Assembly (NCBI RefSeq): GCF_009834535.1 | Contig: NC_045697.1 | Span: forward strand, 24,616,001 to 24,680,000 | Origin: Camelus ferus | Taxonomy: Eukaryota | Reading direction: 5' to 3' | DNA length: 64,000 nt | In this document: positions 40,051 to 54,100 of the stretch, one piece after another | Position numbering within the stretch: position 1 is the first letter of the stretch | Layout: each line of letters starts with the position of its first letter | Translations under genes and position numbers: made by a program | The notes under the pieces: model-generated | Told to the model about the DNA's origin: nothing | What the model saw: only the letters and a program-made list of their open reading frames with translations | Databases searched by the model: none

Positions 40051-43000
40051 TTAATAAGACCAATCAGCTGGGACATTCAGGCATCACTGAGCAGTAACAA
40101 TATGTCACTTAGTATCGAGCCTTTGAGAGTATAAATTTTATAGACTGCCTACATAAACTGTTTCTTATGTATCAGGAAAGCAGAATTAAACCGTCTTTAT
40201 AAAATAAGAAGTACATATTTTAAAGTAAATACCAGCATACGTACATACTTTCATTTGTGGTTTATTTAATCTGTAATAAATGTGGCCCTTTTTCTTTTCT
40301 GTGTCTGGGTGGTACATGTCCAGTGTCTTTCGCATCTAGTATTCAGGCAAATTGTATAATATGCCCTTTTCTCAGATCCTCTAGAAAGCTGCTCAGAATC
40401 TACCCAGAATATATCCTGTACACCTAACAGAAGTCATTAGAAGCTCATGGTCAGTGAGGAATAATTGTTCAATTTTTAAATGGGGTGCCCCTAAATTGAG
40501 CACAATGCTTTCTCACAAGAGCCGAGGAAAATAAGACAATTTCCTCTCGTGAATAGAAATGAATATAGATTCAATTTGTTTATTAAATATCCACAATATG
40601 AAAGTATCAATTTAGTACACATAACCTGAACAAAAAACGGTCCATCAAACATATTGTTTTTATAGAACACATTTTATAAAGATATGTTGATGGTTTTGAC
40701 TCACATTTTTGATGCCTGAAATGCCTTTTCAATAAAGGTTGTTCAAATATATTCATGATACCCTGCAATAATTGTAATAGCATTTAGCAATTTTACTGGT
40801 CTCTCACCACCCCCACCTCAGGGAAGGGGTAGCAGGCTGCAGTCCAGTGACGTATATAAAGACAAATCTAGGATGAGTTGTCTCCTTGACCCTTTCCAAT
40901 GAAGTACAGTAATAATAATTACTTTGATCTTAATATTAATGTTCTTTTCAGCCTACATAACTCACAGAAATGCAGTGTAAAAATTTCTAAAACACTATGG
41001 GCAAATCTCTTTTCTCGGCCCCTATAAACTGCAAAAGCTGACCCATTAAATATTATTGCCAAAGTCACCTCTTCATACAAAATATGAATGAAATAAAAGA
41101 CAAAAGTGTTTTCATAGCATCAGTGTATCTTTGGTATTTCTCTAAGTTTATTGATGGCATCACAAATGAAACAGTGTTAAAGAATAAGACATTCGAGTCT
41201 CTCATATTTTTGAATGAGAAAAAAATGCAGGTCTCAGAGATCACAGAGAACCAAAATGGTCTAAACGCACACAAATCATTGCACAGACCATGTTTGTGAT
41301 CCCTGTTCTCATGCATGACCTGTGCCCATAAATTTCCAATCCCTTACTGGTATGGGCAACTCAATATTTGACAAGTGAGTCTCTTCTATGACAGTTAATC
41401 TCCTTACTCATTTATTTTTTCCCAGAATTTGAACATATTATTGAAGTTTTAAGTGCTAAGTTCTTAAAATGATTTCTTTTATTTCAACATATTTCTAAAA
41501 GGATTTTGGCAAGCATGCTAGCTTTAGTTGATGTCTAAAACGTAGCATAATGGTCTTGCTGACTTGGAAAATATTTCCTTAGGTACACTTTAGAAAATCA
41601 TTTCACTGTTAATCTAATTGGCAAAAGAGTATGGTAATATTTTGCATTTATAATGAGATATGGTAACTGTAAACAATTTTAAGAATAAATACCTTCCAAT
41701 TTTAAGGATAAATACTGTTGTAGTGGTCCAATGTTTGGCACACCCACTCCAGTGCCTTGAATAGTATGTCTAATAAGCAGATTTATCTGGAAGCACCAAT
41801 ATTCTCTCTGTGCATCTGCCTTTATACAGAACACACACACACATGCAGTAACAAAGTATTTTGTTTTTAAAAATTTCAGTTGAACCAGGAAAGAAAGAAA
41901 GTAGATAACTCATTTTTCCCAAATTATGTGTATATCTAGATGTAAAACAAGGATAAGTATTTACTTTCATTTATGTATGAAAATAGTCATATAAAAATGA
42001 TTTTCAGTAGTTATGAATTCCTTGCCTGTAAATCACATACATGAAATCCTGTCATTGAATAAGGAGGGTTGAACAGATAGATTAGATAAGACAGAGAATT
42101 TCAACCCCTGCGCTGTGACAACAAACAAGATCCTTCTCTTGGTTATTGGACATCAGTGATACATGAGATTTATGCCACAATTTAACTGATTTAAGTTTAA
42201 TATCACTTACACATCTTTTAAAAATTAGTGACAGCTTGCTGAGCATTCCTCCTTGGTGCTGATGCAATAGTTCTACAGATAATTGGAAAAATGATTTTAG
42301 TAGAATTAATCATATACTGCTGCATTCAGAAGGAAATACTAAGAAGTACATTTAACTCAATGATCAACAGCATGAATTGTATTAAGGTATTTAAATGTAT
42401 TTAAAAGAACATGATAAGAGGAAAACAAATAGCATTTCTTAGTATTTTAAAATGTGAACTTCATATTTAAAGAGATTCTTATATCTGTATATTTCATGAA
42501 ACTTCTTGTTTCCGTGTTGAAATACTGCTCTTTATTACACAGAATCCACAGGATATTGTGTTTTCCTAGGCTATACTGATTTAGGAGACTTGGGGAGGGG
42601 GTTATATACAGAGGCCATAAGTTTAGATCATTTGATTTGTTTAAAATTTAATAATTATATATTATGGTATTTAAAATAATATATAATATAATATGTATTA
42701 AAGTAATCATAATTTAATAATTATTTATATCTATTTTTGTCACAAGAACGATATTCTGGGCATAGATACTAGTACCTATGAAGACAGAACTTTTTTTTTT
42801 GGTGCAGAAAAGGATTCATTATTAAAATCTTAGTTTAAACCTCAGCAAAGTTTTTTTGTAATCACTTTATTTCTTTTCTTTTTATCCTAAATTTTTTCTT
42901 AAGAATCAGACAGAATGGTTTTCATCTATTCATCCTAAAATTTTACATTTTGTTTGCCACCCATTTTCTCTTCAGGTTTATTGTATCATCATTTGTAAAA

Positions 43001-44464
43001 TTAATTATGTCCTTCCTATCATTAAAAATGATAAAATGATACAAATATATATGAATATTTATATGTATATGTATGCTGATATATCATACATCCCTCTACA
43101 CCATAACCACACATCAAGTAACTAGGTCAGTATTTTTAGATAACTTATGATGAAAATTCCTTTCATCCAAGGCTGTTTTTTAAAAATTTTATCATAACTG
43201 ATATTAAAAAAAAAGATAGGCATAACATATGGTGAGCATAGCTAATATTTTTACATAGAATACATTTAATTATTTTAAATAGATGATATGGGCACTATGT
43301 TTATAAACATTTGAGACAACTAGTGAGACATTCAACTAATTCCTTCAATGTCTGTCTGCTCATAGAAGTTGCTACATTTGTTGATTGAGATTTTGACTTT
43401 GAGAAATAGAGTAACTAACAGCTGAAGGAAAAGTATATAGTCTTGGCGCTTACTGATCATAATGATACCTCAATGACTGCTTCTGCTTTGCTCACTCTTT
43501 TAAGTCAGGGTGGGGTTCAATATTTTCTAGACCAACTAAGAAAAGTGACTGATAATTATTTGTATATAAGATGCTACCATGAAAAAAAAAGCAAATTTAT
43601 TAGAGTTTACTATGCTACAAGAGCTTTATAGAATTTACTCTCTCCTCTTACTCATAACATTTGCACTGTGAGACATACATTATTAGAAATCTGGACAAAG
43701 AGAAATTTGAGATTTGCTGAAGATCTGTAACTTGTTCATGATCTCACAGGAAAAGAAAAGAAAATGGAATATAAGCTAAAAATTGACTCCTAGCTTTCGT
43801 TACTCAGTTATTATCAGTAGCAGCTTTGCTCAGTAACTTCACACATATTAAAATGAATATGGAATCAAATATTTCTAGAATTTACCTATAAAATCTCTGC
43901 CTACAGACACTTGTCAGTGACCCCATCAGTATCTCGCCCATTACCCTCTTCTATTGAATTTCACTGAAAAAAGATGAAGTAGTACATTTTATCAGAAAAA
44001 ACAACGAAAAGTAATTTTGGGATATTGCTAGTTAAAATATTATCAAAATTATTCATGCTTGAATTTAAGTTTATCCTTTCTTAACTGGATATGAGATTTT
44101 CCCCATTTTCAGTTTTAAATCATTTAATTTATCTAAAAATAATGATATTTAAAACATTTTTCTATGAAAATATAACTTTACTTTCTTAATTATTTTTTAC
44201 CACTTTGTGCTTGCCAAAGCCAAATTATTCACAGCTTGTAAATGTTCTAGTTTCAAAATAAGAGGTTAAATAGTATAAAATAGAACAAGAAACCATCACA
44301 GAGAAAAATAATGTTTCTCATTAACCAGAAATTATTATTTTTGATTCTGTTATAAATAATTCTATGGTAAATCAAAATAACTATATGCACTTTAAAATAA
44401 GTAGTTGTGTAAGTAATTAATAATTAAAGTATTGATATATATATGTTCATATCATTGAGGGATT

Positions 44465-44655
44465 GTGATGAGTTCTTTGCATGAATGAATTTATTTATTC
44501 CCTTACCAAAAATTTGTGAAGAATGTAGTAACAGCTAAGGTTTATATATGATGAACTAATATGAATAGTGATTAACAGTCCAAGAATAAATCTAGTAAGT
44601 GGCAAAGTCAATGTTCTAACACATACCTCTGGATTCCAAAGTCCAATCTTAATCT
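44465..44655 (-). mobile_element. MIR SINE
   Basis: Contains 'ctagtaagtggcaaagtcaatgttctaacac...ctggattccaaagtcc'. Confidence 0.6.
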
Positions 44656-45089
44656 TTATCTTGAATATATATTGAGAATCTATTCCTACATCTATTAAAT
44701 GAGAAACTTGAAATAGTTAATTATTTAGATATCATCCCTCTCTTATAACCTATGATTCAGTATTGAGTAAATTTGAAAGTATACATATTTTATTTATTTT
44801 ATCAGTTACTTGGAATTTTACTATATACATAAAATATTTTAAAATGATTAAGACAGAGTGATTGCTTTTGCTAATCTCATAATTTTTTCATTGTTATGAA
44901 CAATAGAGTAAACATAGGATGACTTTCGAAGAAAGCTGTTCATTAGTACAGATTCGACCAGCACTGTAAATAGAAGTTATATCCAGTAGAAAAAGAAATC
45001 AAAGTAAATTTAAAAATATATAATACCATACACTCTCTGAAGTTTTATCCATGAATTTTAGGGATCTGTGGCCCATGTAAAGAACCTTC

Positions 45090-45850
45090 AAATGATGTGT
45101 GTGCACACAGAGGACATATGTGAGAATACTCATAAACAGTGTTGTTCACAATAGTCTCTTCATTAGGATGTAAGCTAATTATTTTCATTGCTTTATCTCA
45201 TTTAACTAGAAGAGAGCTCTGTATGATCAGCTGTTCAACATGTATTTTTGAATGACTAAATAATAAATAAGTAGCCCAAAATCCAAATAACTCAAATGCT
45301 TATTAACAGGTGGATATCTATCTAGATATGTTGTGATATATTCATACAATTGATGGCATATATAAGTAGAAAAGAATAAACTACAACCCTACTTAAAAAG
45401 TAGATTAAGAGTAGATAGACAAAACAGAGTAAAAAAAAAGCAAGTTTCAAAAAATGGAAAATAATATAGAAATACTTTTCAAAAATCTTAAAAACACAAA
45501 GAAATTAAAATGTAATTTGGACTGCATGCATTACATTGTTCAGTCCTCTGTCACAACCTTATTATGAGTAATTTAATATCTCAGCTTTACACATGAAGAA
45601 GTTAATACACACAGAGATTTAGACTCTAAGAACACACAATGGAATGATTATCACAACTTAGGACTAGTGGTTACTTTTGAGAGAGAGGGAAAATAGATGA
45701 GATTGAAATGGAGCACACAAAGATATGCAATAGCACTGGGGAGGATTCTAATCTTAAGGTATAGCAATATATGCATATTCATTTATTATTATGCATGGTA
45801 ACTAGCATATATTATATTTATTAATGTATACATATTGAAATTATATAACA
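45090..45850 (+). mobile_element. Very old L1 3' fragment (L1ME-like), interrupted by an L2 tail (~45155-45272) and a MIR (~45520-45640)
   Basis: L1 motif 'tgttgttcacaatag|...|cccaaaatccaaataactcaaatg' is split by an L2-like tail. MIR 'ctttacacatgaagaagtt' lies further in. Confidence 0.5.
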
Positions 45851-45974
45851 AAAAGCACTACAATTTCTTTGCCTAAATATTTCCTTGTCTCATCATATCC
45901 TTCTGCAGTTGATTTTTCATTTGTAACTGAACTTCTCAAAGGAATAGAATTTAATTTTTTTTAATTGCAATAAA

Positions 45975-47400
45975 GTGGAAGTCCTTGTTAATGCAGTAAG
46001 TCAAGTAAAGGAAATAAAAGGTATACAGATTAGGCAGGAAGATATAAAGCTGTCTTTGTTCACAAATGACATGACTATCCATGTTGAATATCCAGAGAAA
46101 ACTGACAAAAAACCACTTGAAACTAAGTTTGAAGGATACATTAATATAAAAAACCCAATTGCTCTTGTATATTCTAAGAATGAAGAAATGGATTTGAAAA
46201 TAAAAACACAATGTTATCTATATTAGCACACCAAAAATCAAATTCTTAGGTATAAATCTAACAAAATATGTACAAGATCTATTAAAAAACCCACAAAACT
46301 CTAATGAACAAAATCAAAGAAGAACCAAATAACTGGAGAGATATTTCATGTTTATGAATAGGAAGACAATATTGTTAAGATGTCAGTTCTTTCCAAATTA
46401 ATATATAGATTTAATGTAATTCCACTCAAAATCCCAGCAAGTTATTTTACAGATATCCACAAACTAACTCTAAAGTTTTAGGAAGAGGCAAAAGACCCAG
46501 AAAAGTGAATACAATTGAAAGGACAAGAACAAAGTTGGAAGAGTGACACTACCTGACTTCAAGGTTTACTATAAAGCTATAGTAATCAAGACAAGGTGGT
46601 ACTGGCAAAAGAATACACAAATAGATCATGGGAACATAACAGAGAACCCAAAAGGAGATCTCCATAAATATAGTCAGCTTGTCTTTGACAAAGGAGCAAA
46701 GGCAATACAATCAAGTAAAGATAGCTCTTCAACAACTGGTTCTGGAACAACTGAACAACGATATGCAAAAAAATTAATCTAGACAGACTTTACATCTTTA
46801 CCAGAATTAGCTCTAAATGCATCATAGACCTGAACATAAAATGCAAAACTATAAAACTCCTAGAAGATAGCATAGAAGAAAGCCCAGAGATCTCAGGCAT
46901 GGTGATACCTTTAAGATACAGTATCAAAGACACGATTCATGAAAAAATAATGAATAAGCTTGACTTTTTTAAAATTAAAAATCCTGCTCTGCAAAAGACA
47001 ATATCAAGAGAATGAGAAGATAAGTCACAGACTGGGAGAAAATATTTGCAAAAGACACATATGATAAAGAACTATTATCGAAAATATACAAGAACTCTTA
47101 AAATTCAACAATAAGAGAACAACCAACCTGATTTAAAAAATGAACCAAAGCCCTTAACAGAAAACTCAGTGGAGAAGATATAGAGAAGGCAAATAAACAT
47201 ATGAAAATATGCTCCAATCAGGTGTGATTAAGGAAGTACAAATTCAAAACAAAACAAAAAACCACGAGATAGCACTACACACATTTTGAAATGGCCAAAA
47301 TTTAGAGCACTGACAACATCAAATGTTGCTGAGGATGTTGATCAACAGTCAATTTTGTTGTAAACATAAAACTGCTCTACAAAAACAAAGTCTTAAAAAT
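45975..47400 (+). mobile_element. Old LINE-1 (L1MC1/2-like), 5'-truncated and internally deleted
   Basis: [18 protein letters not shown]...SLFTNDMTIH and [16 protein letters not shown]. Ends 'tcaattttgttgtaaacataaaactgctctac'. Confidence 0.9.
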
Positions 47401-47569
47401 TTATAAAACTACATTGAATTAAACTATACTAGTTTTTTCAAATATACTGATTAATAACAATCACTATGTTCTAGCTCCATAGTTTTGAGTCCTATCAGAA
47501 CCCTTGCCCCAATTAATAGAACATTTTTTATCCTCTTCACAAAATTGTAATGAAATGTATAAATAATTG

Positions 47570-49260
47570 ATTTACTGCAATCCTTATCAAATTACCCAGA
47601 ACATATTTCACAGAACTAGAACAAATCATAGTAACATTTATATGGAACCATCAAAGACCTAGAATTGCCAAAGCTTTACTGAAGAAAAAGAAAGAGGCTG
47701 GAGGAATAACTCTCCCAGGCTTCAGACAATACTATAGAGCTACAGTCATCAAGACAGCATGGTATTGGTACCAAAACAGACATATAGACCAATGGAACAG
47801 AATAGAGAGCCCAGAAATGAACCCACAAACTTTTGTTCAACTCATCTTCGACAAAGGAGGCAAGAATATACAATGGAATAAAGACAGTCTCTTCAGCAAA
47901 TGGTGTTGGGAAAACTGGACAGCAGCATGTAAAGCAACAAAGCTAGAACACTCCCTTACACCATACACACAAATCAACTCAAGATGGATCAAAGACTTAA
48001 ACATAAGACAAGATACAATAAACCTCCTAGAAGAAAATATAGGCAAAACATTATCTGACGTACATCTCAAAAATGTTCTCCTTGAACAGTCTACCCAAGC
48101 AATAGAAATAAAAGCAAGAATAAACAAATGGGACCTAATGAAACTTACAAGCTTCTGCACAGCAAAGGAAACCAGAAGTAAAACAAAAAGACAACCTACA
48201 GAATGAGAGAAAATGTTTGCAAATGAAACTATCAAAGGCTCGATATCCAGAATATATAAGCAGCTCATATGACTTAATAAGAAACAACCAAACAACCCAA
48301 TCCAAAAATGGGCTGAAGACCTAAACAAGCAATTCTCCAAGGAAGACATACAAATGATCAATAGGTACATGAAAAAATGCCCAATATCACTAATTATCAG
48401 AGAAATGCAAATCAAAACTACAATGAGGTATCACCTCACACCAGTCAGAATGGCCATCATTCAAAAATCCACAAACGACAAATGCTGGAGAGGCTGTGGA
48501 GAAAGGGTGAACCCTCCTACACTGCTGGTGGGAATGCAGTTTGGTGCAGCCACTGTGGAAAACAGTATGGAGATGCCTCAAAAGACTAGGAATAGACTTA
48601 ATCATATGATCCAGGAATCCTGCTCCTGGGCATATATCCAGAAGGAACCTTACTTCAGGATGACACCTGTACCCCAATGTTCATAGCAGCACTATTTACA
48701 AGCCAAGACATGGAGACAGCCTAAATGTCCATCAACAGATGACTGCATAAAGAAGAGGTGGTATATTTATACAATGGAATACTACTCAGCCATAAAAACT
48801 GACAACATAATGCAATTTGCAGCTCATGGATGCTCCTGGAGAATGTCATTCTAAGTGAAATAAGCCAGAAAGAGAAAGAAAAATACCATATGAGATCACT
48901 CATATGTGGAATCTAAAAAAAAAAATAAATAAACCAAAAACCAAAAAAAAAAAAGAAAAGAAAAACAAAGCATGAATACAAAACAGAAACAGACTCATAG
49001 ACATAGAATACAAACTTGTGGTTGCCAAAGGGGCAGAGGGTGGGAAGGGATAGACTGGATTTCAAAACTGTAGAATAGATAAACAAGATTATACTGTATA
49101 GCACAGGGAAATATACACAAGATCTTATGGTAGCTCACAGAGAAAAAAATGTGACAATGAATATACACATGTTCATGTATAACTGAAAAATTGTGCTCTA
49201 CACTGGAATTTGACACAACATTGTAAAATGATTATAAATCAACAAAAAATGTTAAAAAAA
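47570..49260 (+). mobile_element. 5'-truncated lineage-specific LINE-1 (ORF2 C-terminal third, 3'UTR, A tail)
   Basis: ORF2 translation ...WCWENW...[11 protein letters not shown] gaaa(t/g)gtata(a/g)ataattg at 47552-47569 and 49261-49278 (16/18). Same family as the full-length copy. Confidence 0.95.
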
Positions 49261-50324
49261 GAAAGGTATAGATAATTGTAACTACCTATAACATAATTTC
49301 AAAAATAATCAACATAATATTTTAATACATATGAATGAGAAATAAAATCAAATTCATAATAAATGATTCATATTAATTATTGTGCTTAGTTAAATAAAAG
49401 ATGCACTGATAATGAGTAGATATCCCTTTTTCTCTTTTCTATGTGGAAAACATTTGAGTTCAAATATAAACTTTCTTGTCAGTGAAACTTTTATGTTCTG
49501 TTCCAATAACTTGCAGAAGTGACACAGGCAGAAATGAACAGTTATTTTTCAGGAATTTTGGTCCTTCCGTACACATATGTATTTAATAATAGTTAAAGAC
49601 TTTTTACAACTTACTGTCGACAAAAACTTTAAATCAAATAGGTGAAATTTCAGTGTGGGTGAAATCATGATTTTCAATTCTTTCCCAAACATAATACAAA
49701 AACGTTTATTTAAGAGATTAATATTTAGTCCCTCTACTCTTACCAAGAATTTTACAACTCCTTTCTAAGGTTTTGGCTTACCAGCATAATTGAATTAAAA
49801 TATTTTAATCACAAATTTTTTTCTTGTTATTTATTTTTAAGTAGACATTATGTAAGATTAATACAATTTTTCATTTGATCTTAAGTTGTGAATTACCTAA
49901 AGTTTTGATTCATTCATTCAGCCCCTCTCTTGGCTGAATGCAGGAGCTTGTCAAATTTAAGAAAGTCATCTCAAAGAACTAATAAGTATTTGAATAATAA
50001 TAATATTCTCTAAGGAATAGACTTTCGTAGAAGTGAAGTGAGAAATATGAGCACAAATCAAATAAAACCTGAGCCCATCAATTTTTTTTCTTCTATTGCC
50101 TCACAGCAAACTACTACTATGCATAAAGTTCAAGACAAAGAAAAAGAAAGGATGGTAATCATTTTTTCCTAAATAATTTGTAATTCAGGGTTGGGGGAAG
50201 GTGAATTTGCAGCCTGTTAGCTCTACTATATCTTGGAGAAGTGACCCAGCTCCCTGGGCCAAGTTAAATTTTTAGAGGTTCAGCAAGCAATAGGTTACCA
50301 AATGGAAGAGACAGACAGCTCTGA

Positions 50325-50560
50325 TGGCCCCAAACTCAAGTTCTGTTTCTAATTCAACCTCTTATTAGCTCAACGAATTTCTCAAATTCTCTGTCTCTTA
50401 GTTTCCTTCACCTGTAAAATGAAAGTGATAGTAAAAACAAACAACAACAACAACAACAACAATGACAACAACAACACATTGCTCTTGTCTGAATTAACTG
50501 AGTTACTACATTTAAAGAACATTGTGGAATAGCTGGCACATGGTAAACACCTCAAAAAGA
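50325..50560 (+). mobile_element. MIR SINE containing an (AAC)n expansion (50436-50475)
   Basis: Contains 'tctctgtctcttagtttccttcacctgtaaaatg...gctggcacatggtaaacacctcaa'. Confidence 0.75.
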
Positions 50561-50877
50561 AGTATGAGAGATTTGATATAACTAATAGCTAAAAAATAAA
50601 CTGAAATGCATTTGAATGATTTGAGTATAAATGGACATTTATATAATTTATTATAATCTCAACAGATGTCAGAAAGGAAATATTTTATAAAATTCTACAT
50701 TAACTCATTTAGGACAACTAAGAGTAGAAGTCATATATTAGTATAAGACTATGTGACATATGATAATTAAATTATTTTACTTATATTTGGCAGTTAATAT
50801 ATTTATACCATTCAAAGAATACTATATGTATTGTTCTGCACTATGGTTTCTTTACTTGACAATTCATTTTGGACTCG

Positions 50878-50879
<2 letters not shown>

Positions 50880-50929
<50 letters not shown>
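50880..50929. repeat. (TA)25 microsatellite
   Basis: Directly visible, uninterrupted. Confidence 0.97.
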
Positions 50930-50930
<1 letters not shown>

Positions 50931-51919
50931 CATACATTTTTACATATACACACTTGTATACATACACACCCTAGCACATGCACACACACTTTTTGCATTA
51001 ATGGTTGAATAATACCCCATTGAATGGATGCATCTAAATTTAATAAGCCAGCCCCTTATATATCTATATGTTTAGACATTTTAGTTTGGGCATTTAAAAT
51101 GTTTCCAATATTTAGTTAGCTAATAAAATCAATGCACATACATACACTGCAAAATATGAAAGACCTTTATTACTAGAATCATTTTTAGTCCAGTGTGTTT
51201 TTAATCTTTTTAACCAAGCTAAACTCACAGGTGAAAAACACTGTATAACTCTAGTTTAACTTGCATTTACCTTATGATAAATGAGTTTTAACATCTCTTC
51301 ATATGTTTACAAAATTTTCACTTATTATTCATGTCACTCATCTGCAAAGTTATTTCTTCTTTAGCTTTTACTTACTGAGCAACTACTATGTATATGTCCT
51401 CTTGCAGGTGCTGAAGATGTATCAGTAAGTCAGACAGATAAAAACTCCTGCACTTATGGAGCTTCCATTTTTCTATTGCATTTTTGGTATTTATCTTTCT
51501 GACTTGTAGTATTTTTATTATGTTACATTTTCTCAGTTTGTCATAGCTTCATATACACTGATAATCACCAAAATATAAGTACAATGAGATAAAGGATGCT
51601 ATTTGCAATAACAAGCAAAATAATACATGGTGATAAAACTAACCAAAAAAAGGTGTAAAATCTAGAAAATCTTTAAAATTCTACTAAGGGAGAAAAACAT
51701 AGACTTAAATATAGACACACATGATTTTCGAGATGAATATTACAGATGTAAGTTTCCTATAAGTTATTCTATAACTTGAAAAAAAACAATAAAATAACTA
51801 CAGGGATTCTGGTAAGTATAGAAGCAGATCCTATAGTTTCTATTAAATATTTCAAAGTCAAGAATAAATAAGAAAAGTCTGAAAAAAAGAACAGTGATAG
51901 ATGACCAACCCTGCAAGAT

Positions 51920-53221
51920 ATATCTCCATTAAATTCAACAGTAATACAGTCTGAATGTTTTTGTCCCTCCCAAATTCATACGTTGAACTCATAATCCCCA
52001 AAGACGATGGTATTCAGAGGTGGACTTTTGGAAGGAGCTTAGGTCATGAGGGCAGAACTCTCATGAATGATGATGTCTTTATAAAAGAAGTTCTAGAAAG
52101 ATCTCCAACCCCTTCCATCATGAAAGGACACAGCAAGAAGGTGTTAGCTATGAACCAAAAACAGCGCCTTTATCAGAATGTGATCATGCAGGCACCTTGA
52201 TCTGGGACTACCCAGGCTCCACAATATGAGAAATAAATTTTTCTTGTTTATAAGCTATCCCGTCTTCAGTATCTTATTATAGCAGCCCAAAGAGTCTGAG
52301 ACAACAGTCTAGCTGCAGTTGAAATTATATGGGCACTAGTGGATGACTATAGACTACTGCAAAGTCAACCAAGTAGTAACCCAGTAGCTCTAATTACACA
52401 CTATGTGCCAGACATGGTGTCTTTACTAGAGAAAATCAGTACGACTGCAGATACATGGCATATGTTCACTGATTAGGAAAATGCTTTCTTTTCCCTCCCA
52501 ATCAAAAAAGTGAATGGGAAATTATTTGCATTTACATGCCATGGGAAGAAACAGATATTTACAGCTTTGCTACAGGTCTGGTTAACTCTCTTGCCCTCTG
52601 TCATAACACAGTCTGCAGACATCTGAACTCTAAATGTCCTCAAAAGTCGCCAGTGATTCCATCTCCTATGTTAATGATACTGTATTCATCAGGCTGAATG
52701 AAGAAGTGGTTAAGATGGAGGAGGCCTTTGTAAGACGCCTGAGTTCCAGAGATTGGGAAATTAACTCTAGAACAATTGAGGGGCTAGCCCAACTTGTAAA
52801 ATTGTTAGGGGTCTAGTGGCCAGGTGTGTGTGGGGATATCCCCTGCAAAGTTAAAGACAAATGTTTCCATCTTTCAATGCAACCAAAGGAAGCACAAAGC
52901 CTGGAGGGCCACTTTGGCTTCTAAAAGCAGCCTATTCCACAGCAAAGAATGTTCTGACTCGGAAACCAGGCAATGCGAAAGGCAGCTAACTTTGAACTGA
53001 GCACAGAGCATGCAAGGGCTCTGTCACATGTCCAGGCTGTAGTGCAAGTAGCCCTACTGCTTGGACCATAAGATCTGGTGAAGCCTAAGCTGTGGGAGAA
53101 GATGCCATTTGCATTTTATACGAAGCTCCAGTGGGAAAATCACAGAAGCTGATCACTAATAAACATCTTACCCTGGAAACTCTATCTCAGTATCTGTATT
53201 TCAAAAACCCAGTTTGTGACA
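51920..53221 (+). mobile_element. ERVL pol (RT) relic joined to an LTR16-like 3' end, interrupted by an MLT1A LTR
   Basis: After removing the MLT1A, the conceptual translation reads ISPLNSTV*..WMTIDYCKVNQVV..VPDMVSLLEKI..D*ENAFFSLPI..FAFT..NSLALCHN..SYVNDTV. These are ERVL RT motifs, with YIDD decayed to YVND. Ends 'aataaacatc...ctatctcagtatctg...acccagtttgtgaca'. Confidence 0.85.
51943..52303 (+). mobile_element. MaLR solo LTR (MLT1A/MLT1A0-like)
   Basis: Runs 'ctgaatgtttttgtccctcccaaattcatacgttgaa...ggtcatgagggcagaactctcatgaatg...tatagcagcccaaagagtctgagaca'. 5-bp TSD ACAGT at 51938-51942 and 52304-52308. Confidence 0.9.
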
Positions 53222-53308
53222 ATAATCTATCATGCAGCTGACAAAAATATAGATTTTTAATAAATATTTGTTAAATAAACAAAAGGGTACAAAAATGAAT
53301 GGACAACG

Positions 53309-53860
53309 TGTTTGACAGTTTTGTAATGTGCCGACATAGCTGGGCTAAATACATCATCAGAAGTATCTATCTTGTATGTTTCTAGTAGAGGTGGGCCACA
53401 GGAGATTCTTGGGGAAGGTCGAAAGAAGGAAGCCATCGATTTTATAATTGGTACATGTTGCTTTTGATTTGCTGACAATGTTGCTGGCATAAAGCAACAT
53501 CTGGGTGGCAATTGCTTTACCTTCCCTCAATTCTTTTTTCAGTTTTCCTGACTCCTGGGCCAGATGTGGATGTTTCTCAACTTGACAAAGGGCCCTTGCT
53601 TCTGCAGAATAACCTTTACGAAGGTTAGAGGAACCAAGAACAGAGAGGAACTTCAATTTGTCCTCTGAGGATCCCAGGTTGTGTTGAAAGGGTTCCAACA
53701 CGTTCCTGATCCTCTCTTCCTTTTAATAAATCAATTATATATACACACATAAATATATATATATGAAACAAAAAGACAAACACACATATGCCTATACACA
53801 AGCACACACACAAACATATCCTTCTGTCTCTGCTTCTCTGGTTGAACCTCAAATGATATA
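53309..53860 (+). mobile_element. ERVL-class solo LTR (subfamily uncertain)
   Basis: Starts 'tg..cagttttgtaatgtgccgacatagctgggc', has AATAAA, and ends 'tctgcttctctggttgaacctcaaatgatata'. Confidence 0.55.
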
Positions 53861-53958
53861 ATCAACAAATCAACATTAGAAATGGTTCAAATACATGGGG
53901 CTTCTTACATATGTTAATAGGAAATTTAATTAGTACTCTAAGGTAGATCATGCTATTC

Positions 53959-54100
53959 TTTTTTTTTTTAATTAAAAAAAATTGGGGGGAGGTTATTAGG
54001 TTTATTTATTTATTCATTTTCATGGAGGTCCTCGAGGTTGAATCCAGGACCTTGTGTACGCTAAGCACACACCCTACCATTGAGCTAAACCCTCCCACCA
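53959..54100 (-). mobile_element. tRNA-Ala-derived SINE, camelid Vic-1-like
   Basis: Reverse complement is gggagggtttagctcaatggtagggtgtgtgcttagcgtacacaaggtcctggattcaacc with an A tail. TSD atcatg(c/t)ta(t/c)tc at 53947-53958 and 54101-54112. Confidence 0.85.

Noticed and set aside
41065..41316. Possible minus-strand exon or ORF
   Set aside because: Weak splice sites and an unrecognisable, composition-driven peptide.
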